DNA of 64,000 nucleotides, taken from Longimicrobiales bacterium. GTDB taxonomy: Bacteria; Gemmatimonadota; Gemmatimonadetes; Longimicrobiales; Gaopeijiaceae. Location: assembly GCA_965202805.1 (NCBI GenBank), contig OZ241869.1, positions 1-64,000 on the forward strand, given 5' to 3'. Below are positions 30,501-38,250 of the stretch, in pieces (within the stretch, counting starts at the first letter, position 1; each line of letters opens with the position of its first letter). The notes beneath the pieces are model-generated. The model saw only the letters and a list, made by a program, of their open reading frames with translations. It ran no database searches and was not told where the DNA came from. The translations under genes were made by a program, and so were the position numbers.

Positions 30501-30747
30501 TGGAAACGGAGATGACCTTCTCCACTCCCTTGACCTGCTGGACCACGGCTTCGATGGGGGAGGTGAGGAAGGCCTCCACCGTTTCCGGGGAAGCTCCGCG
30601 CCATCTCGCTTCCACGTTAAGTCGGGGCAGGTCGGTATCCGGCAGCAGCTCGATGGGGATGTTGCGCCAGGCGCTGGCTCCCATGAGCGCGATGGCGAGG
30701 CAGCCCATCGCCACCGCCACCGGCCGGCGGATGCTCCCGCCGATCAC
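27517..30747 (-). CDS. RND efflux permease (AcrB/AcrD/AcrF family), subunit 2
   Basis: RRPVAV, IELLP, GASPE.VE, GLIVDNAIVVLE, GIVVNNAILLVD, RVRPILMTT. Confidence 0.95.
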   Translation of the reverse strand: MIGGSIRRPVAVAMGCLAIALMGASAWRNIPIELLPDTDLPRLNVEARWRGASPETVEAFLTSPIEAVVQQVKGVEKVISVSREIQGTGTSDIQVHFSRDTDMDFARLDLSERLSALEEELPPAVERVLVRPYIPPEFESRGQRGFLRYTYTGPYTLEALRTDLDDRVVPDLSQIEGVALVQASGGRERLIEIELNEDRVSSLGLSPGMVNVRINDLDLVREAGAIRAGDREWSVTIQNRVARAEEIRNTVLLENRGSMVRVSDVADVRDSFEEPLGYYRINGQPAASFEVIREIGANTVRAADAVKARVAQLERAGLAGTSMILGYDESEDIKEQLTDLRARALISAFVIFAVLLLFLRSFRSAGVVFMTIAFSVLISLNLIYFGGMTLNLLTLMGLAMGFGLIVDNAIVVLESVFRRWQAGRDPVSAATEGTRQVVLPILTSTATTLIVFVPFVFLQGELRVFYVPLAIVVALTLGASLLVAFTFIPALAARVLPGVRRVEMAGAAAMMSAPALAETADGPARAARSGMSGGPAEGGEPGHPSLPRRPATPFYTRLYSTIIGFTLRHAWLAVTVAVMAFGGSYYLFENHVTRGVLWGGGMGLDTYVLINIELPRGSDLERTDNLVRSFEERLAAIPEIERFSSTVRGTYGQITINFPDSLENTGVPMAIKEQMFSYSLGFTGAEVRVIGRGLGFYGGGGGASPNYSMQVLGYNYERVREIAEDLGDRLARVPRVRTIDTNSAGRFVRERATEFVVEIDRDQLARHDISVQELVARMNAAVAGQTSNAQLKIGGDEVRYEVKLEGYRETDVQELLETIISTSTGTGIRLGDVVSIAPVDVLAWIRREDQQYERTVAYEFAGPRRLGDQYYDGIIESTELPVGYVIEEAQGFRWSEEDRRQIYAVLAVSILLIYMVTAALFESVRLPLCVLLTVPMALIGVFLMFFYTGASFTREAYVGVIMMGGIVVNNAILLVDNINRVRRESGGDLHAAILAGTLERVRPILMTTATTVLGLLPLVLFSETADSTIWNALGYALIGGLLSSTVFVLATTPAIYLLIEGRRARSGQVAARAPAA

Positions 30748-30808
30748 CGCGCCACCTCCACCGCCGGGGACGGCGCTGCGCCGGTCTGGTCGGAGCTGCG
30801 GACGCCGC

Positions 30809-33800
30809 TCACGGGATCACCTCCGCGGCCCGGGCGCGGCGCGGCGCGCGAGCCCTTCCGCGGAGCCGGGCGTGGCCGCTCTCCACCACGGAGTACACCA
30901 CCGGCACGACGATGAGGGTGAGCGCGGTGGCCACCACCAACCCCCCGATCACCGCGATGGCGAGCGGCGCGCGCAGGTCGGCCCCGCGCCCGATGCCGAG
31001 GGCCAGCGGCGTCAGGCCGCAGACGGTCGTCACGGTGGTCATGACGATTGGACGCAAGCGCACCCTCCCGGCTTCCAGAATCGCCTCCCGCAGCACGGCC
31101 CCGCGGGCGCGCGCTTGGTTGATGAACTCCACCTTCACGATGGCGTCGTTGACCACGATGCCCACCAGAATGACGACCCCGATGAGGCTCATGGTGTTCA
31201 GGCTCTGACCGGCGAGCACCAGCGCCAGCACCGCGCCCGACAGCGCGAGCGGCACCGACATCAGGATGATCAGCGGGTGCCTGAACGACTCGAACTGCGC
31301 CGCCAGGATCATGTAGACCAGCACCAGCGCGAGCCCGAAGGCGAAGGCGAGGTCGCGGAACGAGCGGCGCATCTCTTCGTTCTCGCCGCCGACGTCGACG
31401 CGCACGTTGAAGGGCGGCGGCAGCGCGGCCAGCTCGTTCTCCACTGCGGCGATGGCGCGGTCGAGGCCCCCGGACGTAACGTCGGCGTAGACGGTGACGA
31501 CGCGCCCCTGGTCTTCACGGTGGATCTCCGCCGGCCCCACCGCCTCGCGCACGCTCACCAGCTCCCGCAGGGGCACGCCCCGCACCTGCAGGGTCTCGAG
31601 CGTCCCGGCGGAGAAGCGCAGGGCGTCGGGCAGCCTGACCACCACGTCGATCTTGCGGTCGAAGTCCACGAACTCGGTGGCCCGGTCGCCGCGCATGGCG
31701 CGCTCGATCTCCTCGGCGATGAGGCGCGGATCGATGTTGTGGCGCGCGGCCACGTCCCTCAGGATCTCGACCTGGACCTGGGGCTGCCCGCGCCCGGTGC
31801 CCACCCGCACGTTGCCGATCTCTGCCAGCGTAGACAGCTCCTCGCGCACGGTCTCGGCGTAGGCGTAGCTCTCCTCCAGATTCTCACCCCGGATGCGCAC
31901 CGCGATGTCCGCGTCGGCGCCGCCCAGGACCGTGCCCAGGGCGGTGGCCTGGCCGGCCTCGAAGGCCAGCGTTCCCGGCGGGAAACGCGCCTCCACCTCG
32001 CGCGCCCGCGCCAGCACCTCGTCCGTGGCGTTCCCCGGATGGAGGCGCACCTCCAGGGTGCCCGTGTGCGCGCCCGAGGTTTCCTCGCTCTCCATGTAGG
32101 AGCGCACGTCCTCGCCCACGCGGGAGAAGACGGTCTCGACGCCGGGGTCGGCCTGAAGCGCCCGCTCGATCTCTTCCGCGGCCAGCTCGGTCGCGGGCAG
32201 CCCCGTTCCCTCCGGCAGCTCGAGGCGCACCCGGAACCCGCCCTGGTCCACGTCCGGCAGAAGGTCCCGGTCGAGGGCCAGCGCGAGCGCCAGTGTGGCC
32301 GCCAGCGCGGCTCCGGAGATGGCCAGCACCCGCCCGCGGTGATCGAGCGATACTTCAAGAAGCTGGTGATAGCGGTCGGCGAAGCGCTGGAATCCGCGGT
32401 CGAAGGCGGCGAGCAGCGGCCCGAAAAGGCGGCCGCACACCCCCGCCACCCCCTCCCACCAGAAGACCGCCAGCGCGCGCCCCAGCGCGAATGCTCCCGC
32501 GATCAGCCGGAAGGGAAGCACCACGGCCCACAGGAACGCCCGTCCGATCCGCGCGAGCACCCCCCGCCGGCGCCCCGGCCGGACTCGTTCGGGCCGCTCG
32601 GCCGCCCGCGCCCGGTCCACGAAGCGCGCCGCCATTCCCGGCAGCAGGGTCAGCGCCACCAGCAGGCTGGCCAGCAGGGAGAAGGCCACCGCCAGCGACA
32701 GGTCGCCGAACAGCTCGCCTGCCACCCCCTCGATATAGATGATCGGCCCGAACACCGAGATCGTGGTGAGGGTCGAAGCCGTGATCGCGCCCTGGACCTC
32801 CTCGCCTCCGAGGGCCGACGCCTCCGCCGAGGGGACGCCCGCCTCCCGGTGCCGGAAGATGTTCTCCAGCACGATGATGGAGTTGTCCACCAGCATCCCG
32901 ACCCCGAGTGCCATCCCTCCCAGGCTCATGATGTTCAGCGAGACCCCGAACGCCTCCATCAGCGCGAACGCGCCCACCACGGAGATCGGGATCGCGAGCG
33001 CGATGGCGAAGGGGTAGCGCGGATCGCGCAGAAAGAAGAACAGCACAAGGAACGCCAGCATGCCCCCGAACACCAGTGCCTGCACCACGTTGCTGATGGA
33101 GTCGGAGATGAAGCCCGCCTGCGAGTAGGCGATGTCCACGGTGATGTCCGGAAACTCGACCGCCAGGATCCCGAGCGCCTCCTGGATCTGGTCGGCCACC
33201 GCCACCGTGTTGGCGCCGGATTCCTTGTACACCAGCAGACCCACGGCCTCTGCCCCGTTGTAGCGGGCGATCGACTCCCGGTCGGCGAATCCGTCCACCA
33301 CCCGCGCCACGTCGTCGAGGCGCACGAGGCGGAAGCTCCCCTCGTCCTCCTGCTGTCCGCCCGTCTCGGTCTGCTGGCGTCCCACCACCACCTGCCCGAT
33401 CTGGTCCACGGTCTGGAACTCGCCCAGCGTGCGCAGCGGGTAGCGGTAGCGCCCGCGCAGGATGGATCCGCCCGGGGCGGAGAAGTTGGCCCGGTCCAGC
33501 GCGACCGCCACGTCCTCCATCTCGAGGTCGTACGAGAGGAGCAGCTCGGGATCCACTTCCACCTGGATCTCGCGGTCCAGCCCGCCCGTGACCGCCGCCT
33601 GCGCCACACCGTCGAGCTGCTCGAGCCTGCGCCGGAACACCGTTTCCACGAAGTCCTTGGTCGCCCACAGGTCCGCGCCCCCGGCTACGGAGAGCACCAT
33701 GATGGGCTCGGACTCGGGATCGATGCGCAGGATGCGCGGCCGCTCCGATGTCTCGGGAAGGAACTCGCGGATGTTGTCGACGCGCTCGCGCACGTTGAGC

Positions 33801-34114
33801 ATGGCGAAATCCATGTCCGTGCCCCAGGCGAAGCGCAGCGTCACCAGGCTCACTCCGTCGCGCGATACCGACGTGACCCGCTCGACCCCCGGCACCGCCG
33901 CCCCCTGGGCTTCCACCATCTCGGTGATGAGCCGCTCGACCTCCGCGGGCGCCACGTCCGGATAGGTCGTGTAGACCACCAGGCGCGGGTAGCTCACGTC
34001 GGGCAGCAGGTCGATGGGCAGCCGCAGGAAGGAGATGACGCCCAGCAGGGAGATGGCCAGGAAGAGCATGGCCACGGCAACGGGCCGCCGCGTCGAGATG
34101 CGGGGAATCGACAT
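30809..34114 (-). CDS. RND efflux permease (AcrB/AcrD/AcrF family), subunit 1
   Basis: RRPVAV, LPIDLLPD, GMLVDNSIIVLEN, LAAQFES, RLRPIVMTT. Confidence 0.95.
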   Translation of the reverse strand: MSIPRISTRRPVAVAMLFLAISLLGVISFLRLPIDLLPDVSYPRLVVYTTYPDVAPAEVERLITEMVEAQGAAVPGVERVTSVSRDGVSLVTLRFAWGTDMDFAMLNVRERVDNIREFLPETSERPRILRIDPESEPIMVLSVAGGADLWATKDFVETVFRRRLEQLDGVAQAAVTGGLDREIQVEVDPELLLSYDLEMEDVAVALDRANFSAPGGSILRGRYRYPLRTLGEFQTVDQIGQVVVGRQQTETGGQQEDEGSFRLVRLDDVARVVDGFADRESIARYNGAEAVGLLVYKESGANTVAVADQIQEALGILAVEFPDITVDIAYSQAGFISDSISNVVQALVFGGMLAFLVLFFFLRDPRYPFAIALAIPISVVGAFALMEAFGVSLNIMSLGGMALGVGMLVDNSIIVLENIFRHREAGVPSAEASALGGEEVQGAITASTLTTISVFGPIIYIEGVAGELFGDLSLAVAFSLLASLLVALTLLPGMAARFVDRARAAERPERVRPGRRRGVLARIGRAFLWAVVLPFRLIAGAFALGRALAVFWWEGVAGVCGRLFGPLLAAFDRGFQRFADRYHQLLEVSLDHRGRVLAISGAALAATLALALALDRDLLPDVDQGGFRVRLELPEGTGLPATELAAEEIERALQADPGVETVFSRVGEDVRSYMESEETSGAHTGTLEVRLHPGNATDEVLARAREVEARFPPGTLAFEAGQATALGTVLGGADADIAVRIRGENLEESYAYAETVREELSTLAEIGNVRVGTGRGQPQVQVEILRDVAARHNIDPRLIAEEIERAMRGDRATEFVDFDRKIDVVVRLPDALRFSAGTLETLQVRGVPLRELVSVREAVGPAEIHREDQGRVVTVYADVTSGGLDRAIAAVENELAALPPPFNVRVDVGGENEEMRRSFRDLAFAFGLALVLVYMILAAQFESFRHPLIILMSVPLALSGAVLALVLAGQSLNTMSLIGVVILVGIVVNDAIVKVEFINQARARGAVLREAILEAGRVRLRPIVMTTVTTVCGLTPLALGIGRGADLRAPLAIAVIGGLVVATALTLIVVPVVYSVVESGHARLRGRARAPRRARAAEVIP

Positions 34115-34117
34115 GCG

Positions 34118-35488
34118 TCAGGGGAGCGGTGTGCCGCCGCCGAGCGGCCCGCCCACGACCTGCTCAAGCTCGATTCGGGCGGCGACGAAGTCGTAGCGGG
34201 CGTTGATCGCGGTGCGCCGTTCGTTGGCCGCCCCTTCGATCGCGAGTTGCAGATCGGCGAAGGTCTCTGTCGTCAGGCGGTACCCCTCCCGGGCGAGCCT
34301 GAGGCGCTCTTCCGCGATCTCGCTCGACAGTTCCGCCAGCCGGTAGCTGTCCCAGGCGCCGCGCAGGTCGATGAGGCGGGAGCGCACGTCCCGCTCGATC
34401 TCCAGTCGGGTCTGGCGCATCTGCTCCTCGGCATTGGCCAGCTGAACCTGGGCTTCGGCGATGTTTCGCTCGGCGGAGAACCCGGTGAAGACCGGAATCG
34501 ACAGACTCAGTCGCGCGCTGGCGTAGCGGGAATCGGTGGCGAAAGGGTTGAAGGCCGCCGTGTACTCCTGCCCGTACGCGTCCTGGAAAAAGTAGGTACC
34601 GAGGCTGATCGTCGGGAGGCGCGCGCTACGAACGGCGCTCAGCGATGCCCGGCCCACATCCACCTGTGCACGGTTTTGCAGGATGGTAGGACTCTGCTCC
34701 AGGGCCCGGCCGATGAGCCCGGTCTCGTCGAGCGCCGCGGGATCGAAGGGTTCGGGAAGGGTGCCGCGGGTCGTGAATTCGCCCATGTCCGGCGCAATGA
34801 TCTCCGCGCGCAGAGCCAGCACGGCCTTCGCGTACTCGTTCTCCGCCTGGCGAACCGCCCGTTCCTGCTGCTGGATCTCCAGTTCGGCGGCCAGGACGTC
34901 GACCCGGCTGCCGACGGCGAGTTCGAACAGCCTCGTCGTGCTCTCCAGATCCAGTCGCTTGCCCTCGAGGATCTCCATCTCCAATTGGAGGAGGTCCGAC
35001 TGCCGGATGGTCTCATGGAAGCTCGTTGCGACGCGCGCCCCCGTGGCGATCATCTCCGTTGCGACCCTCCGCTCGCGCGCGATACCCCGGGCGCGCTCCG
35101 CGCCGCGCTGGTGGAAGCGCGCGCCGCCTTCGAACAGGTCGAGTTGGGCGGACACCGACTGGGAAGATGACGAAGCCGTGACCCACTCGACGTTGGGGTT
35201 GGCGATGGGGTTGCCGAAGTAGTCCTCCGCCTGCAACCGCCGGTTGAGGTTGACGTTGGTGCCCAAACTCAGGGAGAGGCTCGGGAGGAAGGCTCCCCAG
35301 GCCGCCCGCATCCCCGCCGGCGTCAACTCCAACTCGTTGATGGCCTGGCGGAGCAGGGGATTGTTCTGACTGGCCAACTCCAGGGCGTCCTCAAGCGAAA
35401 GGACGCGCGGCGCCTGTCCTTCGAGCGGAGCCGTGGCGAGCAATGCCGCGAGCATGCAGCACCGGAACCCCGCCTTCCGACGCCTCAT
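34118..35488 (-). CDS. TolC family outer-membrane protein
   Basis: Signal peptide; LSLEDALELA..NNP, LPSLSL and LPTISL repeats, SIPVFTG; lies within the RND operon. Confidence 0.9.
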   Translation of the reverse strand: MRRRKAGFRCCMLAALLATAPLEGQAPRVLSLEDALELASQNNPLLRQAINELELTPAGMRAAWGAFLPSLSLSLGTNVNLNRRLQAEDYFGNPIANPNVEWVTASSSSQSVSAQLDLFEGGARFHQRGAERARGIARERRVATEMIATGARVATSFHETIRQSDLLQLEMEILEGKRLDLESTTRLFELAVGSRVDVLAAELEIQQQERAVRQAENEYAKAVLALRAEIIAPDMGEFTTRGTLPEPFDPAALDETGLIGRALEQSPTILQNRAQVDVGRASLSAVRSARLPTISLGTYFFQDAYGQEYTAAFNPFATDSRYASARLSLSIPVFTGFSAERNIAEAQVQLANAEEQMRQTRLEIERDVRSRLIDLRGAWDSYRLAELSSEIAEERLRLAREGYRLTTETFADLQLAIEGAANERRTAINARYDFVAARIELEQVVGGPLGGGTPLP

Positions 35489-36708
35489 TGTCCCGGCCCG
35501 GAGGAAGGAGCCGTGCCGGCCGGCGTGTCTCCGCCACCCTCCGGCATGTCCCCCTCGGCCAGCTGGACCGCCGCGTCGTGCCCCAGGAAGTGGTGACCGT
35601 CCACGAGCACGATTTCCCCGGGCCCGACCATCGAGGTCTCAGGGTTCTCCACGATTTCGACCACCTGGTCGTTTTCGAGCCCGGTGGTGACGTAGCGCCA
35701 CTCGGTGCGGCCGATCTCCCCCTCCTCCTCATTGAAGACGAAGAGCATGGTGCGCCGGTCGCGCTCAAGCACCGCCGAGCGCGGAACCAGGATGCGTTCG
35801 GTGAAGTGCTGCGCGTCCAGCGATACGCTCGCGTACATGCCGGGTTTGATCCTGCCACCGGGGTTGGGGAGCAGCACGGTCACGCGCGCCGAGCGGGTCT
35901 CGAGGTCGATGACCGGGTTGATGGTCTCCACCGTGCCGGTGAAGCTCTCGCCCGGGAACGCGGCGAAGGTCATGGTGGCGCGCCTGCCCTCCTCCAGGAG
36001 TCCTATCTCGCCCTCCAGCACCTGGGCTTCGACCTTGATGGGGTCCAGTTCCACGATGGTGACCAGCTCGTCGCCCTGTGCCACGAACTGGCCCGGCACG
36101 ACCCGCAGGTCGGCGATCCGGCCGGCGAAAGGCGCACTGATGTAGGTCCACGACAGTGCGAGTTCCGCCTCGCGGACACTGACCGTGGCCTCGTCCAGAC
36201 CGCTGCGCGACCGGGCGAGGCGCGCCCGCTCCGCCCGTACCTCCGGATCAGCGATCTCGTCATCGAAGAGGACGATCTGTTCGTAGTCGGCCCGGGCCCC
36301 GGTGAGACTGCTGTTTGCCCGCGCCAGCGCCAGCGCGTACTCGGTGGTGTCGATCTGGATGAGGAAGGCCTCGGAATCGACAGGATCGTTTTCCCGAACC
36401 GCGACATCCCGCACCTGGCCGGCAACGCGGGCCGAGAGGGTGGCGCGCCGGAACGCGGCCGCGCCTCCCGACGCCGTGATCCGGATCCACAGCGTATCGC
36501 GCTCGACGCGCGCCCCGGTCACGGGTTGTGCACGCCGCGCAAAGCTCGCAAGGGAGGCATCCGGCACTTCGAGAGTGGTCGCTTCGGAAGGGGTCGCGGC
36601 ATCCTCCTCCTCGGGAGCCGGGCGCAGCCTCAGGTAGATCCCTCCGCCGAGCAGCACCGCAATGATCGCAACGGTCGTAACTCCCAGCGTCGTCTTCGAA
36701 AAGCTCAT
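35485..36708 (-). CDS. RND periplasmic adaptor (MFP)
   Basis: N-terminal TM; ISAPFAGRI, INPVID..TR, IKPGMYA, VPRSAV, V.TGL. Confidence 0.95.
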   Translation of the reverse strand: MSFSKTTLGVTTVAIIAVLLGGGIYLRLRPAPEEEDAATPSEATTLEVPDASLASFARRAQPVTGARVERDTLWIRITASGGAAAFRRATLSARVAGQVRDVAVRENDPVDSEAFLIQIDTTEYALALARANSSLTGARADYEQIVLFDDEIADPEVRAERARLARSRSGLDEATVSVREAELALSWTYISAPFAGRIADLRVVPGQFVAQGDELVTIVELDPIKVEAQVLEGEIGLLEEGRRATMTFAAFPGESFTGTVETINPVIDLETRSARVTVLLPNPGGRIKPGMYASVSLDAQHFTERILVPRSAVLERDRRTMLFVFNEEEGEIGRTEWRYVTTGLENDQVVEIVENPETSMVGPGEIVLVDGHHFLGHDAAVQLAEGDMPEGGGDTPAGTAPSSGPGQ

Positions 36709-37031
36709 GGGCTCAATTCCTTCAGGTCGCTGGCTCCGCGGGCCGTTGCCCGCCCGATGCAGGTGCCGCCCAAGCCATCCTGGAGTGTACCCCGCCGCAC
36801 ACTTAAACGATCTTGTCCCCGGAGATTTGGACGGTCCGATCCCATCGAAGGGTTGCCGATCGACGGGCTACGGGCAAGGTGGCGGGGAGGCGCGGGCGCG
36901 GCCATGGCAATACGGGATTCCCTGCTTGCTCTCCACCTTCGCCCGGCCTAGTATTTCTCCCTTTCCGGTCTGCCGCGGAGTCGGTCGGCGGACCCGCCAA
37001 CGGAATCGACGGGCTCGCCGAAACACTGTCC

Positions 37032-37763
37032 ATGCCCCCACCTCCAAACGAGATTGAGCGCCGCATTCTGGACTACATGGAGTCCTATTTGCGCCGGAAC
37101 ACCTATCAGCCGTCGGTTCGCGAGATCGGGGCGAGATTCGGCATCAAGAGCACCAAGACCGTATCCGAACACCTCAAGTCGCTCGCCGCAAAGGGATACC
37201 TGGAGCGCGACCCGTCCCGTTCGCGAGGCGCGCGCATCGTTGGCCTCGATCTGAACGCCGAGACGCTCTCGGTGCCCTGCCATTCGCGGATTCCGCACCG
37301 GCGAGGCGACGTGGAGGAGGAGGAATCGGCGCAATCCTACGCCATCGACCGCCGCCTGGCGGGTGGTGCGGGTTCGTTCTTCGTCAGGGTCTCCGGCGAC
37401 GAGGCCGGCGCCCTGGGATATGAGGATGGCGATCTCCTGCTGGTGCAGCCCGTCCTCGCCCATGAAATCCGCGATGGCGATGTTCTGGCCGTGCATCTGA
37501 CCGATGGGGCGGGCTTCTATCGCTACGACGGCGCCGCCGATGCCCTCCATCCCGGTTCATCGGACGCCCCCGGCATTCCCGCGATGCGCCTGGAGGACCT
37601 GGCCGTCGCCGGCAGGGTGGCGGCATTCCTGCGGAGCGTGGGAGACGGCCCCCGCCCGGACGCATCCGGCGACGCGGCTCCAGGCCGCCGCTGGCGCCGG
37701 AGTTCGCGGCGGATCGCCGATGCCCGCGAAGGACGCGGGAGGCGTGACCGGCAGCACCGCTAG
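37032..37763 (+). CDS. lexA: LexA-like repressor with intact HTH and degenerate peptidase domain
   Basis: LexA DNA-binding domain (PSVREIG..FGIKS..TV..HL..L..KGYL.R...SRG); S24-like C-domain FFVRVSGD...GDLLLV...DGDV lacking Ala-Gly, Ser and Lys. Confidence 0.85.
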   Translation: MPPPPNEIERRILDYMESYLRRNTYQPSVREIGARFGIKSTKTVSEHLKSLAAKGYLERDPSRSRGARIVGLDLNAETLSVPCHSRIPHRRGDVEEEESAQSYAIDRRLAGGAGSFFVRVSGDEAGALGYEDGDLLLVQPVLAHEIRDGDVLAVHLTDGAGFYRYDGAADALHPGSSDAPGIPAMRLEDLAVAGRVAAFLRSVGDGPRPDASGDAAPGRRWRRSSRRIADAREGRGRRDRQHR

Positions 37764-38238
37764 CCCCGCCCGGGAGACGAGCGCTTCCGCGTCCGGAGAC
37801 CGGATCTTCATGGCCCGTGCCCTGGAAATGGCGCGGCTCGCGGCAGTCCGCTCCGAGGTGCCGGTGGGAGCCGTACTGGTGATGGATGGCCGCATCGTGG
37901 CCGAGGGGCACAACCGGACGCGCGCCGATGCGGATCCCACGGCGCACGCGGAAGTCGTGGTGCTGCGCGCCGCCGCCCGCAAGCTCGGGCTCAGGATCCT
38001 CCCGGGCGCCACCCTCTTCGTCACCCTCGAGCCCTGTGCCCTGTGCGCCGGCGCGATCGTCCTGGCGCGGGTTCGCCGCCTCGTCTTCGGGGCCCGTGAC
38101 CCGAAGGCGGGGATGGCGGGCAGCCTGGAGAACCTGGTCCAGGATCCGCGTCTCAACCACTCCGTCGAGCTGACGGCGGGCGTGCTGGCGGAGCCCTCGG
38201 GGGAGTTGCTGCGGTCGTTTTTCAGGGCGCGCCGATAG
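37720..38238 (+). CDS. tadA: tRNA adenosine(34) deaminase; start 37720 or 37744
   Basis: EVPVGAV, DPTAHAE, TLEPCALCAGA, DPKAG, LNH, FFRARR. Confidence 0.93.
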   Translation: MPAKDAGGVTGSTASPARETSASASGDRIFMARALEMARLAAVRSEVPVGAVLVMDGRIVAEGHNRTRADADPTAHAEVVVLRAAARKLGLRILPGATLFVTLEPCALCAGAIVLARVRRLVFGARDPKAGMAGSLENLVQDPRLNHSVELTAGVLAEPSGELLRSFFRARR

Positions 38239-38250
38239 AGCGGGGTCGCG

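Noticed and set aside
27778..35170. Very long plus-strand ORFs (1045 aa and 1607 aa), and similar ones such as 49099-52620, 54075-56846 and 13415-15610
   Set aside because: They are antisense shadows of clear genes, expected from stop-codon scarcity in high-GC DNA, and carry no motifs.
36709..37031. SOS box in the lexA/RND divergent region
   Set aside because: I could not identify a convincing palindrome or direct repeat by eye, and I do not know the motif for this lineage.
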